From: Eledone cirrhosa
Lineage: Eukaryota
Length of the DNA: 64,000 nucleotides
Direction of reading: 5' to 3'
Assembly (NCBI GenBank): GCA_964016885.1
Contig: OZ024743.1
Span: 339,698,001 to 339,762,000 of the forward strand
Below are positions 12,952 to 27,855 of this stretch, piece by piece. The position numbers were made by a program, and so were the translations under genes. The notes under the pieces were generated by a model, which saw only the letters and a list, made by a program, of their open reading frames with translations, had not been told where the DNA came from and did not search any database. Each line of letters starts with the position of its first letter. The stretch's first letter is position 1.

Positions 12952-13392
12952 CACACACACAAACACACGCGCGCGCGCGCGCTATACACATACTTTGACT
13001 AATTCCCAGCAGCAATACCGCTGGTATGAGTGGAGAAGGATGAGCTATGTTACGAGACGTATTACTGACTGACTCATAAGGTTAACACACACAAACAAAC
13101 ACATTCTTATACGTACATTTACGCAGACGCACACAACCACATACACAAATTCACATAAATACTGAGACAAACAGACACATACATAGACACCTTCACTCTT
13201 CACACACACACACATATATACACTGATACGCTTAAACTTTACACACACCCACTATTTTGACAAGGCTGCGAAGTTAGCCAGCCACAGGCAAGTTCTTCAA
13301 ATTAGTAATAGGTGTAGGTAGGTAAGTTGATTTCTGAGTGGGTATAAGCGTATAGATCTATCCATTTATCTGTCTATACACACATATACGCA

Positions 13393-13409
13393 CACGCGTG
13401 TATATAAAA
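13393..13409 (+). promoter_or_regulatory. Core promoter of the EF-hand gene: CACGCGTG followed by TATA box TATATAAAA
   Basis: TATA box at 13401-13409, ~160 bp upstream of the ATG at 13567, in non-repetitive sequence. Confidence 0.6.
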
Positions 13410-13566
13410 CCTGCTCAAACGGCCTAGAAGCAACATACGTCTCAACGCTTCCAAACTTTGCAGTCACACTTTACGAGAGGACTTTACCATATTGTCTAAA
13501 TCAATAACAATAACAATAATTATTTATTCTGTTTCACTGTTTCTGAAAAGTTCTTAAAAATCGGAT

Positions 13567-13592
13567 ATGGCTGGAATTAAAAGGAAGATACC
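13567..13592 (+). CDS. EF-hand calmodulin-like protein, exon 1 (MAGIKRKI-P)
   Basis: ATG GCT GGA ATT AAA AGG AAG ATA CC|GTAAGT consensus donor. Phase 2 joins exon 2 in frame (CC+C = Pro). Upstream TATA box; the joined product is 152 aa. Confidence 0.75.
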
Positions 13593-13764
13593 GTAAGTAA
13601 ACAGAATTCTTCTTCTTCTTCTTCGTCTTCTTCTTCTTCTTCTATCGGCGTCAGGGTTTGCGGGGTCGCTAAAATAAAGTACCAGTAACACACTAGGGTC
13701 GATTTAATCGACTTTCCTCTCCCCCAAAATTGTTGGCCTTATGCCAACAGAAACCATTATTATA

Positions 13765-14180
13765 AGGGCGGTGGATTGGCAGTATCGGTAGAGAGTCGGA
13801 TGCCATGCTTTCCAGCATAGTTACGTCCCTTTGCAGTCTGAGTTCAAATCCCGCCGAGGTTAACTTTGTCTTTCATCCTTACGGGGTCGATAAAATAAAG
13901 TACCAGTAATGTACTGGGTAATTGATGGCCTTGTGCCAAAAGTAGAAACAATTATTATAAGGGCGGTGGATTGGCAGAATCATTACAACATCAGACAAAA
14001 TGCTTTGCCATTTCTGTCCCAGATCTTTACTATCTGAGTTCAAATCCCGCCGAGGTTTAACTTTGTCTTTCATCCTTACGGAGTCGATAAAATAAAGTAC
14101 CAGTCACGTACAAGGGTTGATTTAATCGACTTTCCCTATCCCTAAAATTGAAAATTGTTGGTTTTGTGCCAATATCAGAA
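13765..14180 (+). mobile_element. Two tandem SINE family 1 copies
   Basis: Both start AAGGGCGGTGGATTGGCAG and carry the B box and core. Confidence 0.9.
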
Positions 14181-14274
14181 ACTAGTAGTAGTAGTAGTGG
14201 TGGTGGTGGTGGTAGTTTCATTGTTCCGTAATCTTATTGTGTACCTTGAATACGTGCAGTCTTTTTTTTTCTAT

Positions 14275-14560
14275 TGTTTCTGTTATGTTGAAAGTACTCG
14301 GTGTAACATGTGTGCAGTGCCTCGTGGTAGTATTTTCCCTATTTTGTGCATATTTGTAAGTTCTGGAGGTTATGGTCATTATTTGTTTGCATCTTTTCTG
14401 TTTCATTGTTCCGCGATAACAGGGAATGTTTTCATTTTCAGCTCTCACATTCGGGTTATCTCAATTTCCAGATCTTTATTATGTGGATAATTTCTTTAAG
14501 AGATACATTCCCATATGTCGGAACTGATATGTCGATTAGGAAGCAATTGTCTTCTTTAAG
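14275..14560 (-). mobile_element. R4/Dong-clade LINE 3' fragment (restriction-like endonuclease C-terminus)
   Basis: Minus strand CFLIDISVPTYGNVSLKE..KDLEIEITRM*ELKMKTFPVI..GTAHMLHRVLS, with a triplet-repeat tail downstream. Confidence 0.7.
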
Positions 14561-17239
14561 AACAAAATCATCAGAGTAATGATACAAAATAAAATGTAGT
14601 ATTTCGTTGAATCTCTTACTTTTTGAGTCCGAATCTCGCTTAAGTCGGGATTACTATTTATATACTGAGACCAGTGTAATGTATACCGCTATAGACTAAT
14701 CGCTTCCTTTCTTAGTTCGAATTCTACTGATGGCAATTTTGACTTTCGTTTTGCCGGGTCAATAAAATAAGGTATTCTAGCCATGTAGTTTTCCTGTAGT
14801 CTAGCCTGTAGTTTTCCTATATGCAAAGAACTGAGGATCACATTATCCAAAGTATATTTTTCTTAAACAATAATTTGAGGAAAATTTGGCTGCTATTTGT
14901 TGTTCCTCCATTTGCTCAAATAAGTACCAGTTGTGTATTAAGGTCGGTATGATCTATACCCATGTAGACTAATTCTATAACCCAGCCCACATCATTCTGA
15001 GTCTGAATTCCTCGGGGTGTGATTTTGACTTTCGTCCTTCCGGGGGCAATCTTTGAAGTTAGGGCTCCACTTTCACTTTCGTCAAAGTTGCTGATTGACA
15101 AAAGTAAAAGTGAATCAGTAAACTCAAATATCACCCCAGTTATATACTGCAATCCTTAAGATCTACACCCCTAAAAACTATATCATACTCCACAAAATTT
15201 AGGCTTAGCTTAGAAATTACCACTTTTATTTTTTCTGCTTATTGAAGAATTCTGATGTTATTAATTTATTGTTATTTTATTACCTGTTTTTTTTTTGGGG
15301 GGGGGGGGGGTTGTTTACTCGATTCCTGTAAACCCCCACAGTTTTTGTTTGTTTGTAATGTCCTATTGTGTTTTGGCCCTAGTGGCCAATAAAAAAAATC
15401 ATTATTATTTTTCTATCTGTTTTTTGTTTTTGTTTTGTTTTGTTTACTTCTTCCTTTTATATAATTGTGGAGGATTGATAGAATCGTTAGTACGTCAGTC
15501 AAATTACCTTGCAATATGCCTTACGTATTACCTTACGTATTACCTTCTGATATCTAATTTTACCGAAGTCAACTTCGCCTATTATCCTTTCGGGTCCATA
15601 AAATAAAGTACTTATCAAGTACTGAGGTCGATTTAATCGATTTGCCCTCCCCACCACCAAATTATAAGCCTTGAGCCTAAATAAGAAACTATTATTATTG
15701 TTATTATGTGTTTGTTTCAATGTCATGAAACTTTCCTTAAGCTAACGAATTCTGCTGTTTCGGGCATGATCCTTCTTTGGAGAAGATTTTACGAATTATA
15801 TTAAATGATTTTTTTTGCCGACACTGTTGACATTTTCAAAGCCCTAAATTTTACTTTGCTCACATAGTAATTAGCTTAGACATTTACTTAAATGTATGCA
15901 ATGATTGAATTTTGAGAGATTATTAACTTCATGTATTAAATTTATTTTTCACATGAAATTTCATCCTAAGAGTGCAGTTAATAAACACATGCTACCTATT
16001 AATTAATAAGGTGGGCGCTGGCATATTTGATGTAGTAATCCAAGAAAATTTAATTATATGAATATCAGCAGATGTCATTAGCATCAGCAGATGTCATGAG
16101 CAGGTGGCACAGAGTATTTCCTCTAGCCATTCATTTAACTAATAAGGGAATGTGTCGTGAATATTAAAAATATTTCATTTTGAGTTCCGACTGTCATAAG
16201 ATATTTATTTTTAATCTGATGATTCACAAATCCCGCTATAAATTTTCCATAAAAGCCAAGCTGCTTTCTTGTTTTGTATTTATTTATAAAAATGAGTATC
16301 TTACGACAGCCGAGAGAAAAAAAACTATTGGCAGAGAGGCAGTGACGAAGGGGTGGCAAGATGGCGGTCTAATCAACTTCAAAATAGAAAAAGGAAGAGA
16401 AATATGAGAAGAGAATGAGAGAGAGGAGGAGGGGAGAGAATACATAATAAGATGTTTGCGGTGAAGTTCACCTGTGACGTGTGGTTTGGTGACTGTCAAC
16501 CAAAAATATGTAGCCTTGTAGATTAAAACAGGATGTTTAATCTACTTTCGAAACTATCCTCACTAAATTTTCAAACTAAGGACAATTTAACATCGAACTT
16601 ATTGCAGAGAATAACGAAACAGAATGTTTCCATATCAGCTACTTTCACTTTATGAAGATGTTCAGCGGTGAAACAATTTTATCTTTATGATTTCTATGAA
16701 ATGCAATCTAATTTTCCTTCCAACCCTAACGCTCTCGATAATAACCTGAACATGATACAATCTTACCTCCGTCAGGCATTGGGTTTTAATATATCAAACC
16801 AAAAATGCGATGGATTGGCAGAATCATTACAGCCTCGGACAAAATGTTTTGCGGTGTTTAGTGACGGCTCTTTACGTTTTGAGTTCAAATCACGCCGAGG
16901 CCAACTTTGCTCTTTCATCCTTGCGGTGTCGATAAAATAAAGTATCTGTTAAATACTGATTTCATTTAATCAATTTTGTCTTTCTCCAAAATTTTCTGGT
17001 CTTGTGCCTAAATCAAAAATCAATATATCAAACCAAAGTTAAACCAATATAACACATCACATTTATTTACGTTCACACTCATAAAATATTTACTACATTT
17101 TGCCCTTCTGTCATGAGGTTCATGATAGAAATTTTCATCAGAGCCCCTGCTTATTATTTATGATAGCAAAATTTGGGGACTTTTAAAAGTTGTGGGGCTC
17201 TTCAGTACAGTTCAGTTGCACTCCCTTAATCTGTCACTG

Positions 17240-18255
17240 ACATCTATCAGTTCTGTCTCTATACGAATGCTGGAGTATTTGTGTTCGGATAAATGGTGCT
17301 AAATCGAAACCATTCAATCTGGGAGTCGGACTCCGCCAAGGGTGAATACCGTCACTTCTCCTGTTCATTATTTTCATGAATAAGATTGACATGCGCAGCC
17401 GGGTTGGAATACGTATCATGATTGGCAGGTGTAGAATCAGTCGGCTGGAATTTGCAGATGACATGGTGTTACTTAACTCGACAGAAGATCTCCGACTTGC
17501 ACTTGATAAGTTTGATGCCGAGTGCTGCATGGCTGGAATGAAAATCAGTCCTGCGATAGCTGAGACACTCATCTTCTCGAGAAAGCCTGCGTAATGCACT
17601 CTATACGTGAATGGAGTTCCACTGAGGCAGGTGGAGAGGTTCAAGTATCTCGAGATCGTGTTCGCGAGTGATGGAAGGCAGGAAGTTGAATTAAGTGCAG
17701 GAATTGCAGGAGCTGGTGCAGTAATGCGCCAACTTCAGCATTCGGTAATCAGAAGAGAGGTAGATGTAAAAGCCAAACTTGATATCTTCAATTCGGTATT
17801 CGTGCCAATACTTACCTATGGTCATGAATCTTGGGTAATGACCGAAAGAATACGATCGCGAATACAAGCGGCCGAAATGGGGTCCTCCCTCCAAGGGGTC
17901 TTTGGAGTAACGTTACTCAATAGAGTGCGTAGCTCGGAGATCAGAGAGTCGCTCCAGGTAGAGCCGCAACTTCTCCGAATTGAGAGATCACAGCTCGGGC
18001 ACAATGGGCATGTGGTTTAGAACGTCTCAGGAAAGAATCGCTGGACAGATTTTACGGGCAAAACCAACCGGCAAGAGACCCAGAAGTAGACCCCGAGGAA
18101 GATGGTTGGATAACATCCATGAGCTTGGCTGGTCACGCTTGGGGATCCAGCCAGATCAGTTGTAGACGATTGCTCCTGACAGGACATGCTGGAAGCCGTG
18201 TTTGAGGACTCTGCCCTCACGACCTTCTCAGGAAGAGGAAGAGGAAGAAGAAGAT
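17240..18255 (+). mobile_element. 5'-truncated RTE-clade LINE (Expander/Rex3-like), decayed RT C-terminal half
   Basis: GLRQG*..LLFIIFM, LEFADD, FKYL, PILTYGHESWVMTERIRSRIQAAEM, GKRPRSRPRGRW. Internal stops, a frameshift and a (GGAAGA)n tail. Confidence 0.92.
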
Positions 18256-18483
18256 ACCGCACTTCTATCTATTCGTCCATATTATTAAGTGTATCTGACT
18301 CTTACTACTTAGTACCTTGACATACTAGAAATAACTTAAAACTCCCGTCTTGAAAAAGAGAGGATGTATTGGAAGATTTAGACTTAGTTGCACTATGCCT
18401 GGAGGAAGTGACATATATGGAATGATATTGGTCACAGGTCAGCTCAGTCATGTGTTACCTAGGGCTAAAGCTACTACTACTAG

Positions 18484-18519
<36 letters not shown>

Positions 18520-19777
18520 TACTACTACTACTACTACTGCTACTGTCTATTATATCTTGTCTCATTCAGTCAACGATTTTTCAAATGACCTGGGGTTTTT
18601 TTCTATTTATTCACCTATTTTATTTTTATAATAAAACCAGTTAAACTCGCTTTCCTCGGGAATGATAAACAAATACATTTAACACTTAAATCTGTAATGC
18701 TATGAACAGAAGCTACAGAACAAGAGGCGTTTGTAGTTCTTTGTAGAAAAATCTTCCTTGTCAGTTTGTCATGTTATTTGATCCTTTGCTTAGATCATAC
18801 GTAATTTCAGAACGTCGGATAAAATGCTTTGCGGGGTTAATTCTGGTTCTCTATCCTCTGATTTCAAATCTCGCCGAGGTCAACTTTGTCTTTTATCCTT
18901 TAGAAGTCGATAAAAAAATTTCGGTCCAGTACTGGGTTGGTTTTTCCTCTATATCTCTTTCTCACGTTCTCTCTATCAATCTCCCTCTTTCTCTGTAAGA
19001 AATTGGCTGTGTTCAGACCGGGGAGAGATGGGCTCCGCAAGGTTTAAAATACCCAAGGCACGCTGTATATCACTACGGCGCCGCTACGACTCCATCAGAA
19101 GTTACCGGTCTATACATATATGCATATACAATTTTCAAGATGGCAATGACATTATGTTTTTTGAGAAAGTTAATCTCAAACTACAAATTATCATATTTAT
19201 GTTACACGGTTGCTTTGTTATTAGTATGTTTTTTGTAACTATTCATTTGAAGGTTTCATCTGTCGTGATTATGAAGTCATATTATATATCTTTTTGGTAC
19301 CTGAAGGATAGCATATATTGGGAAGAAGCTCTATGGACGCATTATAGCCGAATGATTAAGAAATCCGTTTCGCAAATATTAGGTCCTGGGTTCGATCCCA
19401 CTGCGTGGCATCTTTTGCGAGTGTCATTTAACATAGCCTCGGCTCAACCAATGCCTTGTAAGTGAAATTGTTTAGAAGTGAATTGTTTGGGATCCTGTCA
19501 GATGGACTGTGCCAGTAATCCAATTTGCCCGAGAATTCGTTATGGATACACGTGTCTGTGGAATGCTCAGCTACTTACACGTTAATTTCATGAGCAGGCT
19601 GCTGTTCTATTGATCGATCAACTAGAACACTCAACGACGAAACCGACGGAGGTCCATCTCATTACATTGAGAAACTCTAAATAGCGACAAAGGGTATCGA
19701 TCGTCAATTTCGAACCAATAAATTCTACTATTCATCACTCATTTTCTACTTACTTCCAAACGTGTGTGTGTGTGTCA

Positions 19778-19854
<77 letters not shown>

Positions 19855-20061
19855 GGGGGTGAGTTTTATTGTAGCACAATAAAGCAATGCAAATATCGGA
19901 TAAGTAGCACTCTACAGTTTGTAGGACTGGAGTATAAATAATTGTTTCTACTTTAGGCACAAGGCCAGCAAATAACCAGTGCATTACTGGTACTTTATTT
20001 TATCGACCCCGTAAGGATGAAAGGCAAAGTCAACCTCGGCGGGAATTGAACTCAGTATATA

Positions 20062-20215
20062 CAGTGAAATTCTGTTATAACGAAATTCACGGGGTATAAA
20101 AAAATTTGTTGTAGCGAAAAATTCTTTATAAGGAGATCGACCTAACACATCGAGTGTGTGGCCGGGGATGGAAACAAATTTCGTTATAATGGTATTCGTT
20201 ATAACGGAATTTTAG

Positions 20216-20218
<3 letters not shown>
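20062..20218. mobile_element. pogo/Tigger-type MITE
   Basis: TIRs CAGTGAAATTCTGTTATAACGAA / TTCGTTATAACGGAATTTTAGCTG, preceded by TA. Confidence 0.75.
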
Positions 20219-20285
<67 letters not shown>

Positions 20286-20669
20286 TAACCAGTCAAGTTG
20301 TTCTCATCAACCCTTTATTTGAATTGAAAGTCAATAACCGATTATAAGCCGCGCCCGATCTGAAATGTGTAGCGGTTTCTTTTTTATAATAATTACAGGC
20401 TGTTGATTTTCTTCTGAATACACTGAGACTTCTAATGAAAATATTTTGTATATATTTAGGATCCGTATAGGAAAGAATTAATGTATTTACCGATTAGTTT
20501 CAATACAGACAGCTGTGTGTAGTAGACGTAGGCGAAATTAGCTAAAGTACATAGAGAACGAAAAATGCGAGCGTCTGATGACTGCAAACAATTTCCATGT
20601 GATTGATCAACCTTCCTATAGAAGGCAAAGACGTAAAAGTCAACCAAACTGTTTGGTTGTGTTGCGAGA

Positions 20670-20705
<36 letters not shown>

Positions 20706-21002
20706 TACATACATACATACATACATACATACATACATACATACATAAGAATACACATACATACATATATATATATATAAAAATACACATACATACATGC
20801 ATATATATATATAAGAGAGAGAGAGAAAGTGTGTGTGTGTGTGTGTACGGAAGAGCTTGATGAAATACTTTTTAAATTTAAATTCCAATACTTTTCATTT
20901 TATCAGGGTGTTTCCCTAAATTAATACGCAAACATAGATGACCCTTATGATCTGTGACATACAGTGATCTTTTGATAATTCTCAGCTTTCTTTAATGTCA
21001 TG

Positions 21003-21064
<62 letters not shown>

Positions 21065-21663
21065 TTTGAGATTTATGTACGAATGTTTTCAGTAGTCTAA
21101 TCCCTATCTAAAAACTTCACACGGGAAGCCTCTTACTGGGGTGAGTGAATACGTTAATTATTTAGTGGGAAATATATAACAACGATTCTGATTCCTTACT
21201 TTTCCGACGATAATGTGACATACGTCATCAATCGTTATCAAGTTCAAGGTAGTTGGATCTATACTATTATGCAGGATGTTCCTTATTTGAATTCTTGTGG
21301 TGTTGTGGCATTTTAAATTGCGTTTAGCCTTTCTCTTTTAACTGTAGTAAGAGTGTTAGCATTATACGTAAAGCAAAGCATACAATTATATAAATATTTT
21401 CTGTAAGGTAAGGTCACACTCATTTACCCCAATTTTTAAATGGTATCGCCCATTCTAAAATTTGCATATATAATTATTTAGCCCCTCCCCATCTAGCATT
21501 TTCGAAATAACCATTCAGTGTGCAATGCGCGGGCACTGTGTGTTGTACTGGTGCAGCCGGTGTTTAAAAAGGTACAGACAGTAGTCGTTGTGTTGATCTT
21601 GCTTAACCTGGAACTAGCTGTCGAAGCAGCAAGAGCTCAGCTGTCGGGCCCCGACACTTCTTA

Positions 21664-21713
<50 letters not shown>

Positions 21714-22001
21714 GTGCATGTCTTTGTATGTGTATATAAAGGAGCAAGCAAGTTGCATATATCAAAGTGAAGCGTACTCAATATAATGAATATAGAGTAA
21801 AATATTTCAAAATACTCAAACAGGTCGGGAACATCTAAAAAAAAAGTCGAAATGCTCAAAAGCCAAACATCGCCACCCATATATATATATATATATGTGT
21901 GTGTGTGTATGTGTGTAAAAGGTAAACACAAATAACAACCCAAACGGTACAGTATATGGAAGGAATATATTAGTTTAACGCTTGAAATAGCAGGAAGAGG
22001 G

Positions 22002-22037
22002 TCTTAACGTTTCGGACGCTAATCCTTCATCAGAAGA
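22002..22037 (-). ncRNA. Minimal type I hammerhead ribozyme motif in a pLTR-like repeat
   Basis: Minus strand TCTT-CTGATGA-A-GGAT..GTCC-GAAA-CG-TT-AAGA. Same family and tail as 30516. Confidence 0.8.
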
Positions 22038-22638
22038 AAGAATGAGACATGTTGAAAATTTACTTCGTCACTACCCAGGGATCCCGCCGCACGATCTTGC
22101 ACCTAGCAATGAGTCTCAAATTTGCATATCCAAACGTACGCATACGCACAGGCAGGCACATACACATATACATGCGCGCATACGTATACACACATACGCA
22201 CACATAGAGGAACGTATGCACACATACAGACATACGCTAATGTAAGGTAATTTAAGTTTTGCGCAGTTTTGTACTTGGGGATTCGAAGTTTAATTACAGG
22301 AGATGAGAGATATGTTTATGATTGATGTTGCTAGTGTGTTCAACGACATACAATTGAGATGGTGTATTTAATACAGTTAATTGTGTGTGATCTTTATACG
22401 GTCGATCGAAAATGTCTCTAATACGGTAGCTAAGTATCTTGCTAACGATGTCGTTAAGTAGCACATGCGAATAAATTAAGACATACCTGAGATGAAGAAA
22501 ACGGAAGGAAAGGAAGAAGAACAACAAAATTATGATGATAATGGTGGTGGTGGTGAGTAAGAAGTGGGGAATGAGAAAAAATGGGAGGTGAAATAGAAAA
22601 AGGAATGGTGTAAAATGGACTAGTGAACCCCTAACTGT

Positions 22639-22679
<41 letters not shown>

Positions 22680-24912
22680 TTTCTTACCTAACAAAGTCTC
22701 TTGAGATGTGATAAAAAAAGAAATACGTACACAAATACGTACAAAGAAATATTGCTTGTAACTTCCTTGTAATTCAGTATTATTAGCATTTGACATTTAG
22801 TTAACATATTTGCCCTATCGCAACAACTTTAGCTCTCAATACAGCTTGGAATAGCTGTGAGATAACAGAAGGCTATAGAACAGTTTCATGTGACATAAGA
22901 AAAACATTTATACTTGATGTCATAATTACCTATCTAGCGAAACTAAGCACATACAGAAAAATTCATAGGCTTACTATGAAGGAGTGGGGATAGAGTTGTG
23001 AAATTTTGCATGCATTGATTTCAACTCTTCTTATTGATAACTGTATTGTTTCTTTCCGGCGACCATGTTGAAAAATAAATGGTCATTTCATGAGAGTATC
23101 TTGGTCAGCTAATGAACTTTTCAGTCGACCTTCGTATTTATTTATTCATATGTATGTGTGGACCAATAACGGTAACGGCGTTTCTTTGGCTCTTTAAACG
23201 TGGCGGATCCCATCCCCTCTCCGGGTCTGAACATAGCCGATTTCTTCCGGAGACGGAAAGAAGAAGTGAGAAAGAGATACAGAGGAAGAATCTACCTCAG
23301 TACTAGACTGGTACTTTTTTATCGACCCCGAAAAGATAAAAGGCTAAATTGGCCTGGGCCAGATTTGAACTCAAAAAACACAGAGGACAAACACCTCGAA
23401 ACATTCTGTTCGGCGTACTAAAGCCTCTGCCAATTCGCCGCCTAGTATTTATTTATATCCCATACTGCGTTGGTATTCTAGTAATTACTATCCGGTCGTC
23501 AATACATATGCTATTATGCAAATAAGGTGTCCCTGGTCGCGCGCTTGTTCGCATTTGAATAAATATCGTTTCACGGCTAACGTTCGGCATCTTAAGGTAA
23601 GCAGATCTTGATGAAATAAAAAAAACAATGAAACGGATTGGTTCAACCCTCATCCCATGTGGCCAAAAAGGCCCGCGTGGGGGCTCATTTCATTGCAAGA
23701 CCAAGTACTTGCTATTTCGTTTTGACTTTAAGGCAATGTTTCAGTTGACTCAGCTGTCTTTGTTGTTTAGCCACAAATTCGCAAATCATTGAACAAATCT
23801 ATAAACAGAGGCCTTCCATCCGTGACCCATTGTCTTTTTTAGACACTGTTTATCTAAATTTCATGAACAGCTTTTGTCAAGCTGGTAAGGTGTGAGTGAG
23901 GGATATTTGCATGCTATTTTTTGCAAATCGAGTGAACAGTGTCCTCCTCATTGGCTGGTCACAAATAACGTAATTGTATATTAGATTTTCATATAAAACT
24001 TTAAACTGTATGATCGGATATTGAGGAATAGAAACATTCCAATTATCGCATAAGGGATAATGCATGAAATGAATAAACAAGCGTATATCTAGAGAACAAA
24101 TATGTAACGTAAGATTATTTTTTCAAGAATCCTACATTTATTTTATGATAATTTACTTAATATTTCCTGGTAAGTGAATATGGTGATATTTGGGGCGGGT
24201 CTCGTTGTTCTAATATGGTTATTTTTCATTTAGCTACCGGTAAGTTACCCTGAAATATAATACATTTTACAATTTTCCTCATCTTCTTCACTCAACAATC
24301 GTCGAAATGAAGGCATTTGATACGTACATATATATGTGTGGAAATAAACGCACATACATGTACATTTATGTTTGTATCTTTGTATGTATGTAATGTGTGA
24401 CGTGTGTCTGACGAGCCGTTTCAAGCGAAACTTTGAATTAGAGTCACCCTGTATTTCTCTCTAATAATACACACACATGCATATACATGTACAAATTTTG
24501 ACATGTATATGCAAACATGTATACCCATGCATACACATATACTAAATTCAATACACACGCACGCACACACACCCAATGCACACAATACACACATACGAGC
24601 ATATAAAGTTACATACAATAACTCTTCTTCCTCTTTCCTCGCTATTTATGGTTAATCAGCTGTTACGTCACAGATTTCAACGGAATTCGTCTGTTTGTTT
24701 AGACCTTCTCTAGAAATTGTTTACACAATTATCAGAAGAGTTATCAACTTTTGCTTTACTCTGACAATTATGTAATTACAGAAGCTCATGAAGAGTATTT
24801 ACTTTTAGTCGATGGAAATAGTATAAACAATATACTAAAAGCAGTATAGTATATAACTATTGTTAGTTTAAATCTACCACCTATTCAATAATTACTTCCG
24901 TTCTTCAAATAT

Positions 24913-24947
<35 letters not shown>

Positions 24948-27218
24948 TAGGTGATTCAGTGAATAACTGGTGTTGGTACCAAAGCAAGCACTGTATGCAT
25001 AGGCAGAGTGTATATATTAGAAAAAAACGAGGAAGTTTCGTTTACATATAGCTGGGTATATGCTTTTGTACAGAGCATATAAATCTTACCAACAATATTT
25101 TGGGGTGTAATGCTCCGTATATGAGATTTGCTTTTCGATTTTATTTCAAAATCTAAACTAACTTTCTCTTCTTTATTCCATTTCAAAATTCCTCTTCCAG
25201 TCGTTAAAAGAGATATACCACGTATTAACGATGAGGGTATTATTTTCAGCAATTAGCTTAAATCTAAACGCTAATTTCAACCTTCTAAAGTATTCATTGC
25301 TAAAACTTCTTTGAGTTGCCTTTAACTCACTTCCTCTATAAAATATAACTATTTATAGCTCTACATGTTTAATGGTTCCCTGGCTTGGTAATTGTATCTC
25401 GTTACTTTCTGTAATACAGACCTGTAATCTCTCCCTGTCGGACAGATGTCTTCTCTTGTGAAAATAGGTATAGCTTTCATTATGTAAAATCTCCCCACTT
25501 TGCCTCATTTCTCCCCGCTTTGGGGCACTTTTTTTTCACGTGTAATATTTCGACTTTCGTTAGAAAAATTCCGCAGTTTTTAAAGTTTCACATTCAATTC
25601 CAATACATTCTCTATCTGTACTAGAAAGTCTATACGATCTTCAATTTTCGTTCTTTCCACTCAACTCAACTATAAATAGAATATGATGTTCGTTACATTC
25701 AATATTATGCCCATCCCCTGCTATTTGTATTATCAATATTGATTTCTAATTTAAGTACAAGGCAAGCAAATTTGGGTAAAGCTTATTAAATCAACCCAGT
25801 ACTTCATTAGTACTTTATTTCATCGATCCCAGAAGGATGAAAGGCAAAATTGACGTTGGCGGGATTTGAACTTGGCAGAATGTAAAGAGCCAGAATAAAT
25901 AATGCAATGGCATTTTATCCGACATTCTACCAATTTCGCCAATTCACCACCCTTAGTATCAATATTAAAACAACGCTTTATATATCACAAAAAGCAAAAT
26001 GGGGTAAATATTGGCTTGCGGCCTTTTGCGTACTGTGTTCAAATCTCTTGGGGGGGTTAACATTGCCTTTCATTTTTCCGGTGTCGACAAAATAGCGTTC
26101 AATTCAAGTACTGGGTTGACTTAATCGACTAATGCCTCATCGCCAAATTTGTAGCCTTATGCCTGGCAAAATTGCTAGTGTTTGACATAATGCCTTGTCG
26201 TGTTTGTTCTGATACTTTACCTTCTCAGTTCAAATCTCACTGAGGCGAAATTTGGTTTTCATCCTTTGTGGTTTGGCAAGATAAAGTACCAGTAAAGTAC
26301 TGGGATCGAGTTAAAAGACGAATCACTTACCCTCAATTTCTGGTACTTTGCCTCTCTTATAAAGTAACTACAATTATTATGAAAACAGATAAAGTGGTAG
26401 ACAAAAGGCAATAAAGGAACCTCTGCCACTAATGATTGCAACAAAGTTTCCCTCAAATTGCATACTTCCATTTTAAAAAGGGGACATATGGGATAATGTT
26501 GACTCGAATACGCTATACTTAAAAATAGGATAAATAATTAAAAGATTGGATGGTAACCCATGGAACGCCTTTGATTATGGTTCTGCTAAATTAGGGTTGA
26601 AATTAGGTTAATCAGTCACAGCTAACTATATTTACTTACTCTATATACATTCTTTGTTCAAATACCACCGATCTAACCCTTCTTCCACTCCCACCTCCAC
26701 AGTTACGACCGTAGTCATCATCACTATCCCCACCACCACTATCACCACCACCATCACCACCAATACCATAATCGTTATGCAAGGACCAAATGGTTCGCAT
26801 CATCATCTTCATCGACGCCAATAATTTCTCACTATGTAATCAAGACATATCAGCCAGTCAGTGGATCATCACTTCCTCTTGTCTGCTGACTTGCTTTCTT
26901 CTTCATTTTGCTGTTTGAAACCTCTACCACTTACCAAGATCTTATAATGCCAGAAATACCTTAGTTTCCATCTCACCCCATGTGTATTCTTTGATATATG
27001 AGAAGTTAGAATAATGAACTGATAAATCTGCTGCTAAAGGAAAGCAAAAAAAAAAAAAAGGGTTTGAATAAAACAAAAAGAAAAGATAAAAATTCGAAGC
27101 AACAAAGCCTGTTCGTCCATCATGCAGCGAAGCCAGCATTATTTAACATTATGCGTGTAATGAATATATTATATATATAGGTGTGTGTGTGTGTGTGTGT
27201 TTACATACATATGTATGT

Positions 27219-27257
<39 letters not shown>

Positions 27258-27414
27258 GTGTGTGTGTGTGTGTGTGTCCGAAAACAATAGCTCTCTACTT
27301 GAGTGGGTCATGGTGCCCATATGATTTGAAAGACTTCGCCAGGTGGTGCTATTAAGTTAGACATGGCCTGGGCCAATACTGGCCAAAACCTATCTAAGTT
27401 GTATATATATATAT

Positions 27415-27495
27415 AGGTGTCCCAAACAAATGTATACACACTTTGATTAGAACGCTGTTGAAGTGTGTATACATTTTTGGAGGTCACTCTTTATA
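27415..27495. mobile_element. Mini mariner-type MITE
   Basis: Inverted AAATGTATACACACTT / AAGTGTGTATACATTT with TA flanks. Confidence 0.6.
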
Positions 27496-27660
27496 GTCAC
27501 CCAAATAAAATAATTTCAACTTACAGTTTGGTAAGCTAACGAACTTATTTATTTCTATACTCACACAAAGAAAATTGCTAAAGTTGCATTTTCTACTACA
27601 TAGTCCATTCTCACTCATGTCAAATCATGTTACAGGTCATAACACCAAATGAGTCTCTCA

Positions 27661-27855
27661 CAGACCTGCCGGCCTCTAAAAACCTAAACGGGGTGTACCA
27701 TAAAAAAAAGTGTCCCAAAACGGGGAGAAATAGGGCAAAATGGGGAGATTTTACATAATAAAAGATATACCCATTTTCACAAGAGACGATATCTGTCACC
27801 CACTCCAAAATGGGTGGGAGATATCCCCGTCGGACGAGGAGAGTTGACAGGTCTG
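27661..27855. mobile_element. hAT-like MITE with apparent 6-bp TSD
   Basis: CAGACCTG...CAGGTCTG termini flanked by CTCTCA/CTCTCA. Relatives at 39507-39702 and 25417-25541. Confidence 0.75.
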
